From NCBI RefSeq assembly GCF_009914755.1, contig NC_060935.1: a stretch of DNA of 64,000 bases. One strand, given 5' to 3'. Positions 1 to 12,845 of the stretch are shown in pieces. Position 1 is the stretch's first letter; each line of letters opens with the position of its first letter. Source of the stretch: the human T2T-CHM13v2.0 reference genome, Homo sapiens. The notes under the pieces were generated by a model, which made no database searches, was not told the origin of the DNA, and was given only the letters and a program-made list of their open reading frames with translations. A program made the position numbers and the translations under genes.

Positions 1-23
1 GAACTGAAACCAGACAATGTGGA

Positions 24-2100
24 TGCATGCTTTCACCACTTCTATTCAACATAGTACTGGAAGTCCTAACCAGAGCAATCAGGTAAGAGAAAGAAATAAA
101 GAACACCCAAATTGGAAAAGAGGAAGTCAAACTATTTCTATTTGCTGATAATATGATCTTATACCTATAAAACCCTGAAGACTCTTCCAAAAGACTCCTA
201 GATCTGATAAATGAATTCAGTAAGGTCTCAGGTTACAAAATCAATATACACAAATCACTAGCACTGCTATATACCATCATTGACCAAGTCGAGAATCAAA
301 TCAAGAACTCAATCCCTTTTACAATAGCTACAAAAAAAAATCCAGAAATATACTTACCCAAAGAGGTGAAAGATCTCTAAGAGGAGAACTACAAAACACT
401 GATGAAAGAAATCACAGATGACAGAAACAAATGGAAATATATTCCATGCTATGGATTTGAAGAACTGATATCATAAAAATGGCCATACTTTTCAAAGTAA
501 CCTACAAATTGAAAGATACTTCTATCAAAATACCAACATCATTTTTCACATAATTAGAAAAAACAATTCTAAAATTCATATGGAACCCAAAAAGACCAAG
601 TAGCAAAGCAATCTCAAGCAAAAAGAATAAATTTGGAGGCATCACATTACCCAACTTCAAATTATACTACAAGGCTACATTAACCAGAACAGCATGGTAC
701 TGGTATAAAAGTAGATGCATAGACCAAATGGAACAGAATAGAGAATCCAGAAATAAACCCAAATATTTACAAGCAATTGATCTTTGACAAGGCATACAAA
801 AACTTAATTTGGAGAAAGGACCCTCTCTTCAATAAATTGTGATGGGAAAATTGGATAGCCACGTGTGGAAGAATGAAACTGCATTTGTTTCTCTCACCAT
901 ATGCAAAAATCAACTTAAGATAAGTTAAAGACCTAAATCTAAAAGCTAAATCATAAAAATTATAGAAGAAAATTTAGTAAAACTATTGTGGATTTTGGCC
1001 TAGGTGAAGAATTTATAACTAAGACCTGGAAAGCAAATGCAACAACAACAAAAATAAATAAATTGGACCCAGTTAAACTAAGAAGTTTCAGCACCCCAAA
1101 AGAAATAACAGAATAAAAAGGCAACCTACAGAATGAGAGAAAATATTTGCAAATTATTTTTCTGACAAAGGACTAATATTCAGAATCTACAAGAAATGCA
1201 AACAAATTAGCAAGAAAAAAAAACAAATAATCCCATTAAAAAGTGGCCAAAGGACATGGATAAACATTTCTCAAAAGAAGATATACAAGTGGCCAACAAA
1301 CATGTGAAAAAATGTTCAACATCACCAATCATCAGGGAAATGAAAATCAAAACCACAATGACATACCACCTTATCCCAGACCAAATGACCATTATTAAAA
1401 AGTCAAAAACAATGGATATTGCCATGATTGCAATACAAAGGGAACACTTATACACTGCTGGTGGGAAAGCAAATTAGTACAACTTCTATGGAAAGCAGTA
1501 TGGAGATTTCTCAAAGAATTAAAAGTAGATCTACCATTCAACTTAGCAACCCCACTACTGAGGATCTACACAAAGAAAAAGAAGTCACTTTATAAAAAAG
1601 ACACCTGTACACATATGTTTATTACAACACAATTCACAATTGCAAAGATACAGAATCAAACTAAGTGCCCATCAACCAATGAGTGGATAAAGAAAATGTG
1701 ACCATATATATATACACACATACACACCATGGAATATTACTCAGCCATAAAAAGAATAAAATAATGTATTTTGCAGTAACTTTGATGGAACTGGAGGCCA
1801 TTATTCTAAGTGAAGTAACTCAGGAATCAAAAACCAGGTCCTGCATTTTCTCACTTACAAGTGAGAGCTAAGCTATGGGTACACAGAGACATATAGCATG
1901 GTGTAATGGACTTTGGAGACGCAAAATGGGGAGGGTAGGAGAGGAATAAGGGATTTAAAAACTGCCTGTTGTGTACAGTATATACTACTCGGGTGAGGGG
2001 TACACTATAATCCTAGACTTCACCACTATACAATTTATTCATGTAACCAAAAGCCACTTGTACCCCTAAAGTTATTGAAATGAAAAATATTTTTAAAAAG
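24..2100 (+). mobile_element. L1 (L1PB-like) 5'-truncated LINE-1: ORF2 3' half plus 3'UTR, decayed
   Basis: ORF2 motifs (ctattcaacatagtactggaagtcct; ORF 1256-1477 [21 protein letters not shown]); 3' end gacttcaccactatacaa...ccacttgtacccctaaag and A-rich tail. Confidence 0.9.
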
Positions 2101-2139
2101 AAATGGAAGGGCAATAAAGAATGTAAAATGGTAACAGGC

Positions 2140-2530
2140 TAGTGAATGAGGGGATTACTTAGGAAAAGATGGTCAGGGAAGGCCATTCTGAAGAGCTGAT
2201 ATTTGAATGAGATATTAGCCATGCAAGGACCTTAGGAAGAGCATTCCAGTTATAAAGAATATAAAAGTCAAAGACTGAGGCAGGACTGTGTTTGGCATGT
2301 CCACGTGCCAGGAAGGAAGACTGCTATGGCAGGAGAGAAGTGACAGTGGTAGGGAACACAGGCAAAGACGTCAGCAGGGCTAGATTATATGAGGTTTTGT
2401 AGCCATGTTAAAGACTTTTGATTTTATTCTAGGATTTTAAACAGTATTTACAAGTTATATGATCTGATTTAAAGTTTTAAGATATCTCTCTGTCTGTGCT
2501 GCAGAAAATGAATGGGAAGAGCTAAAATGG
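2140..2530 (-). mobile_element. L2 LINE fragment
   Basis: ggtcagggaaggcc...gatatttga...gagcattccag, typical of antisense L2 3' region. Confidence 0.6.
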
Positions 2531-2594
2531 ACCAGGAAAGCTACTTGAGTGAAGAGCAGTTAGTCTATCTAACGTATAAGAGTACATTCCAATT

Positions 2595-3135
2595 CAGACA
2601 CTTCCTGATTTCAAAATATATTATAAAACTACAGTAATCGAAACAGAATGATATTGGCATAAAGACAGCTGTATAAACCGATGGAACAGACTTGCAAGCC
2701 CAGAAACAAAATCATCAATATTCAGCAAACTGATCTTCAACATGGGTTTCAAGAATACTCAATGGAGAAAGAACAGTCTCTTCAAAAAATGGTCTGGGGG
2801 ACACTGTATATGCACATGCAAAAGATAAAATTGTAGCCTTATCTTACACTATACACAAAAATAAACTCAAAATCAATTAAAGACATAAAGGTAAGACCTG
2901 AAACTGGAATGGTGATTCCCAGGGGCTAGTGGAAGGGAAATGGGGATTTACCAATTAATGGGCATAAAATTTCAGTTAAATAAGGTGAGTAAGTTCTAGA
3001 GATCTGTACCTATATATATCTGTACCTGTACTTTGTGCCTATAGTCATTAATACTTTATTGTACACTTAAAAATTCGTTAAGAGGATCGATTTCATATTA
3101 AATGTTCTCACTATAATAAAATACTTTTTTAAAAA
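2595..3135 (+). mobile_element. L1MA fragment: ORF2 piece fused directly to the 3'UTR end (internal deletion at ~2905)
   Basis: cttcctgatttcaaaatatattataaaactacagtaatc (ORF2) ... gacctgaaact|ggaatggtgattcccagggg (3'UTR) ... aatgttctcactataataaaa. Confidence 0.8.
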
Positions 3136-4265
3136 AAGGAATTAATGAAAAATCTTCAGCAATGCACAGACTTTAGGAGGAGGCTTTAGAAACAGCTTTG
3201 AGACCAAGCTTCCAGGAGGACTTTCCTGTGGCAGGACCAGCTGGATAGGAACACAGCTAGTCCACAGCTTGACTCAGCCTGACAGAGAGGTCCCTTCTGC
3301 GTCAGGATAACCACCGGAGCATTTCTGCCACACGCTTCCACTCCACCAGCAGGAGCTCAGTGGCTTGAGGTGGGAACAGAGCTCTACCAGGACCTAGGAT
3401 GAATCAGGCAGTAGCTTCCCAAGATTAGAAAAGATTCTGGGGCCATGGATAGGAGGTCTAATCAGAGCCTGTATGTGAATGCAGGAGTCCAATTACCGTA
3501 TACCATGAAGATCAACACTGGATGCCAAGACCAAAGGAATCAGAGATAGAAAACAAGTCTGAAATATTTGTCCTAAGTGATTGGGCTGAGATGAGATCAA
3601 AATGGCAGAAGGCCAGGAAGCTGAGGGAGAAGAAGCAATTTTGTAGTCATTTGCATAATAACTTGATTAATATTTTTCTCCCCCATTAGATAAAAGCTCT
3701 GTAAAGGCAGGGACTGTGCTATATTTGTTTGCTCACCATAAAATAGCTTCATAATGGAGTACTACATTCTTGGCATTTATTCAGTCAATGTAAAAAGAGC
3801 CATATAGAGAGATTTTCTATTATTGTTCTAACACTTCCACTGAGAACATTGTTGCCTAGTTTCCTCATGTAAGACACTCCCTGACTGATGATGTTTTATT
3901 TCTTGATATTGGTGCTTGTTTCATGGCTGTGTTTGCTTGTGAAAATTCATGGAGTTGTAAACTTATGATTTGGGACCATGAGCCAGCAGATCTGACAATG
4001 CTAAAGATACTGTGGTGCATACGACTCTGGTTTTAGACTCTGTCACAACTAGAAGAATCCCAGAACCCTCAGTGTGTAGAACCAGGCCATCCTTCTCTGT
4101 CAGAGAAGTAGCAGAGTCTGCCAGGCTACAGGGCCCTAGTGTATTTGGAATTACACATCATTATGTGGGCATTATCAGATCCACCATGTCAGAAGGGTGA
4201 GTGCAGACAGTAGTAATATATCATACCCAATGGAAATGATCAACTCAGGATGGGGCCTGGGCAGT

Positions 4266-4643
4266 TGTATTAGTCTGTTCTCATGCTGCTAATAAAAACA
4301 TACCTGAGACTGGGTAATTTATAAAGCAAAGAGATTTAATGAACTCAGTTCAGCATGGCTGGGGAGGCCTCAGGAAACTTACAGTCATGGTGGAATGGGA
4401 AACAAACACGTCCTTCTTCACCTGGCAGCAGGAGAGAGAAGTACAGAGCAAAAGGTGGGGAAATCTCCTTATAAAACCATCAGATCTTGTGAGAACTCAC
4501 TCACTATCATGAAAACAACATGGAGATAACTGCCCCCATTATTCAATTACCCCCTCCCACTGGGCCTCTCCCACAACACATGGGGATTATAGGAACTACA
4601 ATTCAAGATGAGATTTGGGTGGGGACACAGCCAAAGCATAACA
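4266..4643 (-). mobile_element. THE1 (MaLR) solo LTR
   Basis: tgtattagtctgttctcatgctgctaataaa ... ggggacacagccaaagcataaca; perfect 5-bp TSD GCAGT (4261-4265, 4644-4648). Confidence 0.92.
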
Positions 4644-4686
4644 GCAGTCCAAGAAGCACAAATTAAGAATTTCGAGCAATTAGACC

Positions 4687-5051
4687 TGGTACAGTTTAGA
4701 TATTTGTCCCTCCTCAAATCTCAGGTTGAAAGGTAATCCCCAGTGTTGGAGGTGGGGCCTGGTGGGAGGTGTTTGGGTCATGGGGCAGATTCCTTCCAGT
4801 TTGGTGCTGTCCTTGCAATACTGAGTGAGTTCTCATGAGATCTGGTGGTTTGAAAGCATATGGCATCTCCCCAACACCAACCTCCTTGCTCCCTCTCTCA
4901 CCATGTGCCATGTGTACTCTTGCTTCACCTTCCTCCATGAGTAAAAGTTCCCTGAAGCCATCCCAGAAACTGAGCAGATGCCGGTGCCATGTTTCCTTTA
5001 TAGCCTGCAGAGCCATGAGCTAATTAAACCTCTTTTCTATATAAGTTACCC
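4687..5051 (+). mobile_element. MST (MaLR) LTR, main part; its 3' end is displaced and inverted to 6282-6328
   Basis: tggtacagtttagatatttgtccc...ttaaacctcttttctatataagttaccc; left TSD AGACC at 4682-4686. Confidence 0.9.
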
Positions 5052-5337
5052 CTGGTAATCACCAATCTAGTTTCAGGTCTTACCTTTAAGTTTTCAATCG
5101 ATTTTGAGTTGACATTTGTGTATAGTGTAAAATAAGGCCACAATTTTATTCTTTTGCATGTGTATATACAGTGTCCCTCAGATCATTTGTTGAAGAAACT
5201 GTTCTTTCCTCACTGTGTATTCTTGAAACCCGTGTTGAAGATCTGTTTACTGAATATTGATGATTTTATTTCTGGGCTCACAAGTCGTTCCATTGGTTTA
5301 TATGTCTGTCCTTATGCCCATACCATTCTGTTTTAAT
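5049..5337 (-). repeat. Inverted local copy of L1MA segment 2637-2925
   Basis: Reverse complement aligns by hand to 2637-2925 with about 38 differences in ~289 bp, including the same ORF2/3'UTR deletion junction. Confidence 0.9.
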
Positions 5338-6281
5338 GGTGATGTGGTTCATGGTAAAGAAGTATCCTATGATCACACACCCATTGCTGCACCCTCTTTG
5401 CCAAAAATTTGGTCCATTGGTCTGAAGCAATGTTATGCAAGATCCCATGCTGGTAAGTTAGGCATCCTGCAAGTCCTTAGGTGTAGTGCTGGGAGAGGTA
5501 TGGAGGGCAGGCAGTGTGAACCCATATCCAGAGTAGGTATTATCAGTTCCATAAGGAGTAATTACTCCCCCTCTGTAGGGTAAAAGGGCTATGATGTAAT
5601 CAACCTGCTCCCAGTGGCTGACTGGTTTCCTCATGTGATGATGCCACGTTAAGGGTTTAGTAGAGTGTCTCCTGCTAACAGTTTGGGCACTCAGCTGTGG
5701 CAGTGGCTAGACCAGCCTTGGTAAGAGGGAGTCTATGCTGTTGGGCATAGCCTCCATCCATAAATGGCTCATTTTTCAAGCACTAGGGTGGCTGAGGAGA
5801 GAGCCTGGCTGACATCCATGTGACAAGTTGACCTCTTTGCCTGGTTGTTGAGTGCCTCTTCTCTGGTGGGCATTAATGTGAGGCAACAGAGACATGCCTG
5901 ATTTGTTCTCCCTCCCATTGCCCATCCACATGTCTCACCCTCAGAATTCCATGTCTTTTATGTTTTAGTCTTGCTTCTTCCAGACTCTAATCACCCAAAA
6001 ACGTCATTTTCTGTGTTCATCCCAACCTCAGGCCACTTGTCTCTCAACACAAAGTAAATGATCAAATTCACTGCTTGCAACTATGCCCATTGACAGGATT
6101 TCCCTCTGGTACTGCCTATGTGGGTCACCTCTGAGTCCAGCTAAATGGCAGTAGCAGTTCACTTTGGGCTAGCACCTATATAGTAAGCCCCAATATTTTT
6201 GGGGGAGTTGGTCATAGAGAACCCCCTGTGAGGACATAGGTGTGAGGTGAACAGAGGTAGGTGACATAGAAATATGGGTCT

Positions 6282-6328
6282 TGTGTTAGGCCATTCTTGC
6301 ATTGCTATAAAGAAATACCTGAGACTAG
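6282..6328 (-). mobile_element. 3' terminal ~45 bp of the MST LTR that starts at 4687 (inverted)
   Basis: tgtgttaggccattcttgcattgctataaagaaatacctgagact is the reverse complement of an MST 3' end; adjacent ggtct (6277-6281) is the reverse complement of TSD AGACC. Confidence 0.9.
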
Positions 6329-7196
6329 GAATGCAACCAGTCCACAACTAGTCCACAGCTAGCCTAGAAAAGTGAAATAGCCTATTAAAGACTTAGCTAA
6401 GACATTGGCTGTAGGATGGCTACTGGCAGTGTTTGAGTGCTCTTCTTCAAGATGACGTATATGCATACTAGTTTGTGTATGGTGCTGAGTACCCAGTAGC
6501 TGCAATGCACATGTCACAAAATCAAGAGATGAATATAAGATTAGTCCTTCTTATCATCACTGCCACAGACCTACTTATGGGATTTTTGCTTCCTATATCC
6601 ACACACTTGGATTCTGCTAGACTAGATGTCCTGGTTGTTGGGATGGGGGTTGAGATGGGAAGGGACCTTTCCACTAAGAGATGTTTAAAGATCCCAAGTT
6701 ATGGCCCCTACCTGTTCTCTTTGGGATCCTCATACTGGTGGACCAATATGCAAAGTAAAGAGTATTGAGGTGAGCATATGCAACTCTGGTTACCTTGAGA
6801 AGCTAGGGTTCTACAACACAATGGAGGCAGAGAGCTCAAGAGACTCTTTATGGTGAATCCATGCCCAGTATTCCATGCCCAGCAATAACGGTAAACAGAC
6901 AATTACAGCATCCAAAGCCCCAAAATGCCAAGGCAACCTAAGGACTCAGACATCTTGGAGACAGAGGTCTGGGTTGTCCCACCTGGCAAGCAAACTCCAC
7001 CAGATGAACTACTGGTTGAGGGTGAAGATTGACATTGGAGGAGACCCTGTAATACAGCCTTGGAACTTGTTGGAATGAAGCTGGTTCCATTAACTCACCT
7101 ACACTAAGTTACTTGTAGAGATTGTGGCCTGGCCACCAATGAATTGGGCTTAATGGAAGGCTAAGAAATCTGTATGGTGAATAGTGTAAGGTGTAG

Positions 7197-7713
7197 ACTA
7201 TTATCAATTTCCTTTTGTTCATGGTCTTAACCTGCTCTTGTTCTTACCTTTGATTCTAGGCACAGGTATAACAATCAGCTCCAGATAAGCTTTGACCCAC
7301 TTTTCAATGACAATGCCTTCCCTCAAATATGCCCCACAGGCTTCTTTGAAGGATACCTCAGGAAATACTATTGGCTCCATTCATGCACAATCCAGAAATG
7401 AAGAGGAGTTAATACTCCAAGAGGCAACCACTTGACAAATAGAGTTGTATCTTTTGGATTAATTCTCCCTTTTGTTCTTCAGCTGGACCTATTTTGAGAC
7501 ACAGGGTACATGCTCCTCAGAAGATCCCAGAAGGTTCAAGCACCACGGTAATAACTAATTTACTAAAATACTCTTGTACTTATTTCCCACCTCTCCTGTT
7601 CACTCTCCCCAGGCTCTCACTCCATTTCCCTAGGATCACATCCCCAAATAAACCATCTAAACACAAGCCCTTGTTTCAGGCACTGATTTCTAGGACCAGC
7701 ACGGGTTAGAATA
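7197..7713 (+). mobile_element. LTR16-family (ERVL) LTR, probable 3' LTR of the upstream internal sequence
   Basis: ggagttaatactcc...gaagatcccagaagg...cccaaataaaccatct...cccttgtttcaggcactgatttct. Confidence 0.65.
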
Positions 7714-7994
7714 CTCCCACAGTCACATTATTGAAGAATTGCCTCTCCTTTATAATTTTACATCCAACAGCCACACCATCCTTACTCTTTTAATTCCAAT
7801 ACGAACATTCTTCAGCATCACAGGAACCTCCCATCTTGACATCACCTCACCTTCTCTCACTTTGTTTCCCATTCAACACAGACCCATAACCCAACACATT
7901 AATCATCTAATTATCCTTTTCTTGGAAACCCTAACCCCTGGGTCTTTCCTTAAAGCACCCTCACACTGAAAAGTCTCAGAGAGAGGCATCTGTG

Positions 7995-8530
7995 GTTTTT
8001 GCTGTGTAGTGCCTATTTACCTTTCTCTTAATGACAGTTCTTCAATTTCCCCTGGGGGCCACTCTTTCCACTACCTGGTCCATGATGCCGCAGATATAAC
8101 ATGTGATGGGGCTCAAGACTACCAATATGTTGCCACAGAGATAGGTACAGGAATAATTCAGGCCATCAGGCCCAGTCAGAGGAAATGCCAGGACTTTTGC
8201 TTGAGTGACCAGGAAGAGTGAGGTGTCTTATTTTTCCTCCCATCCAAGTACTAACCAGGACCCACCCTGCTTAGCTTCTGAGATCAGACAAGATCTGGTG
8301 CGTTCAGGGTGGTATGGCCGTAGACATTATTGCCTGTTTCAAAACGGAACTAATCCAGAAGAGGCAGAGTTAAGCAACATCAGGCCTAATGACATCATTT
8401 GAACACCTGTACCAAATTTTATTTTAGGCATCTGGAACACTTGGATGTTTCAGTTCTTTAGCTAATGTGTCCCCTTATTTAAGCTAAGTTGGGTTGGCTT
8501 TTTTTAATTTGCAACCAGAGTCCTAATTAA
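7995..8530 (+). mobile_element. Old MLT1 (J/K/L-like) LTR interrupted by a 5S pseudogene
   Basis: cctaatgacatcatttgaacacctg ... ttaagctaagttgggttgg ... tttgcaaccagagtcctaa 3' end. Confidence 0.55.
8237..8325 (-). pseudogene. 5S rRNA pseudogene, nt 1-89 only (3'-truncated)
   Basis: Minus strand reads GTCTACGGCCATACCACCCTGAACGCACCAGATCTTGTCTGATCTCAGAAGCTAAGCAGGGTGGGTCCTGGTTAGTACTTGGATGGGAG, matching 5S rRNA with a few mostly CpG-site changes. Confidence 0.95.
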
Positions 8531-9084
8531 TTCTCCTCTACCAGTCTTATCATTTAACTTCTCTGCTTCTAATATGGTTAACTAAAATCCTGCTCTAAAT
8601 TCATAGTCTTCTAAATTAATTGCTGTCCTCAACACCACCTCACAATCACTCTTTATAACACACACACACACACGGAATATATGTATCGCATATACACACA
8701 TACATATAAACATATATGTTTATTTCTTTTCATTCTTCTTCTATAAATGGCTGTTTACAACTTTCTCTACCCTCTTCAAGCCTCTTTCTCATTCTGTCTT
8801 CTTTATATTCAGCAGAAGACTTGCAGGATAACTCACTAACCAAATCAAAGTCATCTTTCTTTTTTCAATTCTTCTATTTATAAAGGTTACTAGCAACTAG
8901 TTAACAACTACAGTATAATTATTATACTATAAATATTATTGAAGATTTTTTCTCTTTTGTATTTTAGAAGCTCTTTGAACTTTATAACCCAAGACCAAGC
9001 ACAGCATCTGCTATGTTGTTGATGCTCAGGATATATTTTTTAATGAATAAATGATTCTCTCTTTTATCTAAATATAATCCACCT

Positions 9085-9155
9085 GGTAGATATATATGTG
9101 GCATATATATATATATATATCATATATATATTTATATATGAACACACACATATAA
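9085..9155. repeat. (TA)n-rich microsatellite
   Basis: Direct inspection. Confidence 0.85.
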
Positions 9156-9169
9156 ACCTGTATGTGTAT

Positions 9170-9920
9170 ACTGTCAGTGGTATTATTAATTAGTACAGCC
9201 ATTTTGGAAAACAGTATGGAGATTTCTCAGAAAACTAAAAATTTATTTATTATATATGATCCAGCAATCCCACTACTGAGTGTATATACCCCACCCCAAA
9301 TTGAAATAGAAGAGATGTCCGTACACCCATGTTCATTGCAGAATTATTCGCTTCTGTTGGAAACAACCTGTCTATCAACAAACAAATGGGTTTTTAAAAT
9401 GGGGTATATATACCCAATGCAATACTATTCAGCCTTTAAAAATCAGAAAATCCTGTCATCTGCCATAACACAGATGAACCTAGAGGTCATTATGTTAAGT
9501 GAAATGAGCCAGACATAGACAAACACTATATGATCTCACTTATATGTGGAATCTTAAAAAGTTGAACATATAGAAGTCGAGAGTAGACTGGTGGTTACTA
9601 GACACTGGGGGAGGGGAGAGGACCGGGAAAGAAGACATGTTAGTCAATGGTTACAAAGTTTCAGTAGGACAGGAAGAATAAGTTCTGTGATCTATTGCAC
9701 AGCAAGGTGACTATATATAGTTAATAATAATGTATTGTATATTTCAAAATAGCTAAAAGAGAGTATTTTAAACATTCTCACCACAAATAAATAATAAATA
9801 ATTGGATGGATATGCCAATTAGCCTGATTTGATCATTCCACAATGTATACATACATCAAAACCTCATCTTATACCCCATAAATACCATTATTTTCCATTA
9901 AAAATAAAATAAAACAAAAA
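9170..9920 (+). mobile_element. L1MA 3' fragment
   Basis: tagtacagccattttggaaaacagtatggag ... tatttcaaaatagctaaaagaga ... aaaataaaataaaa tail. Confidence 0.85.
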
Positions 9921-10955
9921 TACATGCGTGTATGCTTTTTTGTTAAATTAGTTTAAATCCTTTATATATAGACAAGTAAAAAAATACAAATGAAAGCATT
10001 TATCTTTTCTCCCATTCCCATACTACACAGAATACTGATCGTCGAGGGGGTCCTTCTTAGTAGAGAGCCTCTCTCTTCATCTTTAGCCTCTTCCTGATGC
10101 TTCCTAACCTCTGACTGAGAGTACTTGCTAGAGTCAACCCACATTTTAGAATAAAGCTAAATGCAACAATAAGTAGCCAACAATAAAAATGCACTATATC
10201 TTCTAAATTCGGAGAGCAACAAGAAATGTGGTAGCTGCTTAGAGTGGAACAGAATCTCAGGATTCATCTATTTCAACTGCATTGACAGAGGAGGAAACTG
10301 ATACCTAGGGAAGTTAGGTGACATTTTCAGGTCACCCGGCATTGTTGGAACTAGAACTCAACTTCCACCCCAGAGGTTTCCTCACGATAGCACTACTCTC
10401 TTCATGATGCCTACTATCCCATCCAGTTATTTTAGGTATAGACAGTTTTCCAAAAGCTCTCCTTATGCATTTGCCCATGCAGGCCCCAGGTCAGGACATG
10501 CAGAACTCAGGAAAACGATGTTTGTTGTGATCCTATCTATAAAAGTCTCTCATTGTGCTTAACTCAGCTCAGCCTTTCCATCTACAGTAATGAAGTGATT
10601 TAAGTTTGAAGTCAGTACCACGATCAGAAGGGCCAGTGATGAGGAACTTTGGTGATTAACAAAATTCATTTTTTCTACCCCATCAGCCCATTCCATTGAC
10701 ACCCCAACTCCCAACTCTAAACAATATATGAAAAAGGAAACTTTACTCTGCCAATAGCCCAGTCTCTACAATGAGGTCCAGATATTTTGGAATACATATT
10801 TAACCAGGAAGCTGAAGTGCTTCAGCATGTATTTTTTTAAAAATAGAGAATTGTGAAGAATCAAAATGTTTATCTGTTCATGACACAATGAGAAACATAC
10901 ACCTTGGAACTAAAAAATAAGTTTTTAAAAAAGGTATTTAGAAAAAGGAGGAAGA

Positions 10956-11361
<406 letters not shown>

Positions 11362-11577
11362 CTACTATGTGATCAAGGGAATGTGCTAAGTCCTAAGATG
11401 AGAAAGATCACTGAGATGGGAACTCTGCCCTCAATGAGCTCCTGCAATGATTACACACAGTTCTCCCGACTGCTAGTTCTCATTAAAGCCAACAGCCACT
11501 TCTTCCCCTATTCCCCAAATTCAACTCTTCCTCCTCCCATATTCTGTCATGTTCCCATTTAAGCCTCAACCATTTCT

Positions 11578-11899
11578 TTTATTTATTATTCATATTTTTT
11601 GAGACACAGTCTCTCTCTGTCACCCAAGCTGGAGTGCAGTGGCGTGATCTGTCATCTCTGCTCACTGCAACCTCCACCTCCTGGGTTTAAACAACTCTCG
11701 TGCCTCAGCCTCCCGAGTAGCTGGGATTAGAGGCACATGCCACCATGCCTGGCTAATTTTTTTTTCTTTTTTTTTTTTTTTTGAGAGACAGGTTTTTACC
11801 ATGTTGGCCAGGCTGGTCTCAAACTCCTGGCTCAAGTGATCTACCCACCTTGGCCTCTCAAAGTGCCGGGATTACAAGTGTGAACCACTACGCCCAGCC
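11578..11899 (-). mobile_element. Alu (older J/S type)
   Basis: Antisense Alu dimer; degenerate TSD aa(c/t)catttctt. Confidence 0.92.
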
Positions 11900-12299
11900 A
11901 ATCATTTCTTATTTGGGTAATTACAGTTAGTTTGTATTACCAGGTTGAGGAGCTCTTCACGCTTGATTCAAATTTAGAAAGGTCATGTGTTCTTGCGCCT
12001 AGTATATTACCTGTGGCATTCTATTTACTCTTCAGACCTTCTTCTGGTCCTCACCTGACTTCCTTCTTCAGGTCCTTCACCCGACTTCCCTCTCTTCATG
12101 ACTGCCTTCTTCTCTCTAATTCACTACCCTTCCCCATCAGACTTCCTCCTTCTCTTGTCCTTCCTGCTGACTCCATGAACCTAAAGCTAATGTGCTCCTA
12201 GGTGACCTGGATTTCCATTTCCATTCCCAACTCCAAATCTTTCCTTTTTTTTCCTACCAAACTTTGGAATTACTGCACATTTCATATCTTCCAGACTTT

Positions 12300-12845
12300 T
12301 TTCTTTAAATTTTTTTTTATTTGTATAAATGTAAGGGTTACAAGTATAATTTTGCTACATGGATAGACTACATAGTGGTGAAGTCAGGTCTTTTAGTGTA
12401 TCCATCATTCGAATAACTAATATACCCTTTAAGTAATGTCTTATCATCCCCCCACCCTTCTGAGTCTCCTTTGTCTATTATTGCCTATCTATGTCCATGT
12501 GTACATATTATTTAGCTCCCACTTATAAGTAAAAAGATGTGGTGTTTTTCTGTTTCTGAGTTGTTTCACTTAAAATAGTGGCCTCCAGTTTCATCCATGT
12601 TGCTACAAAGACAGGATTTCATTTCTTATTGCACATTTCTTATGTATGGCTTAAGATTACTTCTTTTTATATATATGAATTTAAGATATATATATGATAT
12701 TTAAGATATATATATATATGCCACATTTTCTTTATCGAATCATCCATTGATGGGCACTTAAGTTGATTTCATATCTCTGCTACTGCGAATAGCGCCGTAA
12801 TAAACATTTGAGTTCGTGTATCTTTTTGGTATAATGATTATACTA
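12300..12845 (-). mobile_element. L1MA 3' end fragment
   Basis: T-rich start, tttagctcccacttataagt, ccacattttctttatc...catccattgatgggcactta. Confidence 0.85.

Larger units (their letters stand above)
3975..7195 (+). mobile_element. ERVL-class internal sequence (ERV3-16A3/ERVL-like pol-integrase remnant), interrupted by THE1 and MST LTRs; segment ~5338-6281 is inverted
   Basis: ERVL pol-like sequence on + at 3975-4265, 4644-4686 and 6330-7195, on - at 5338-6281; followed by an LTR16-type LTR. Confidence 0.7.
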
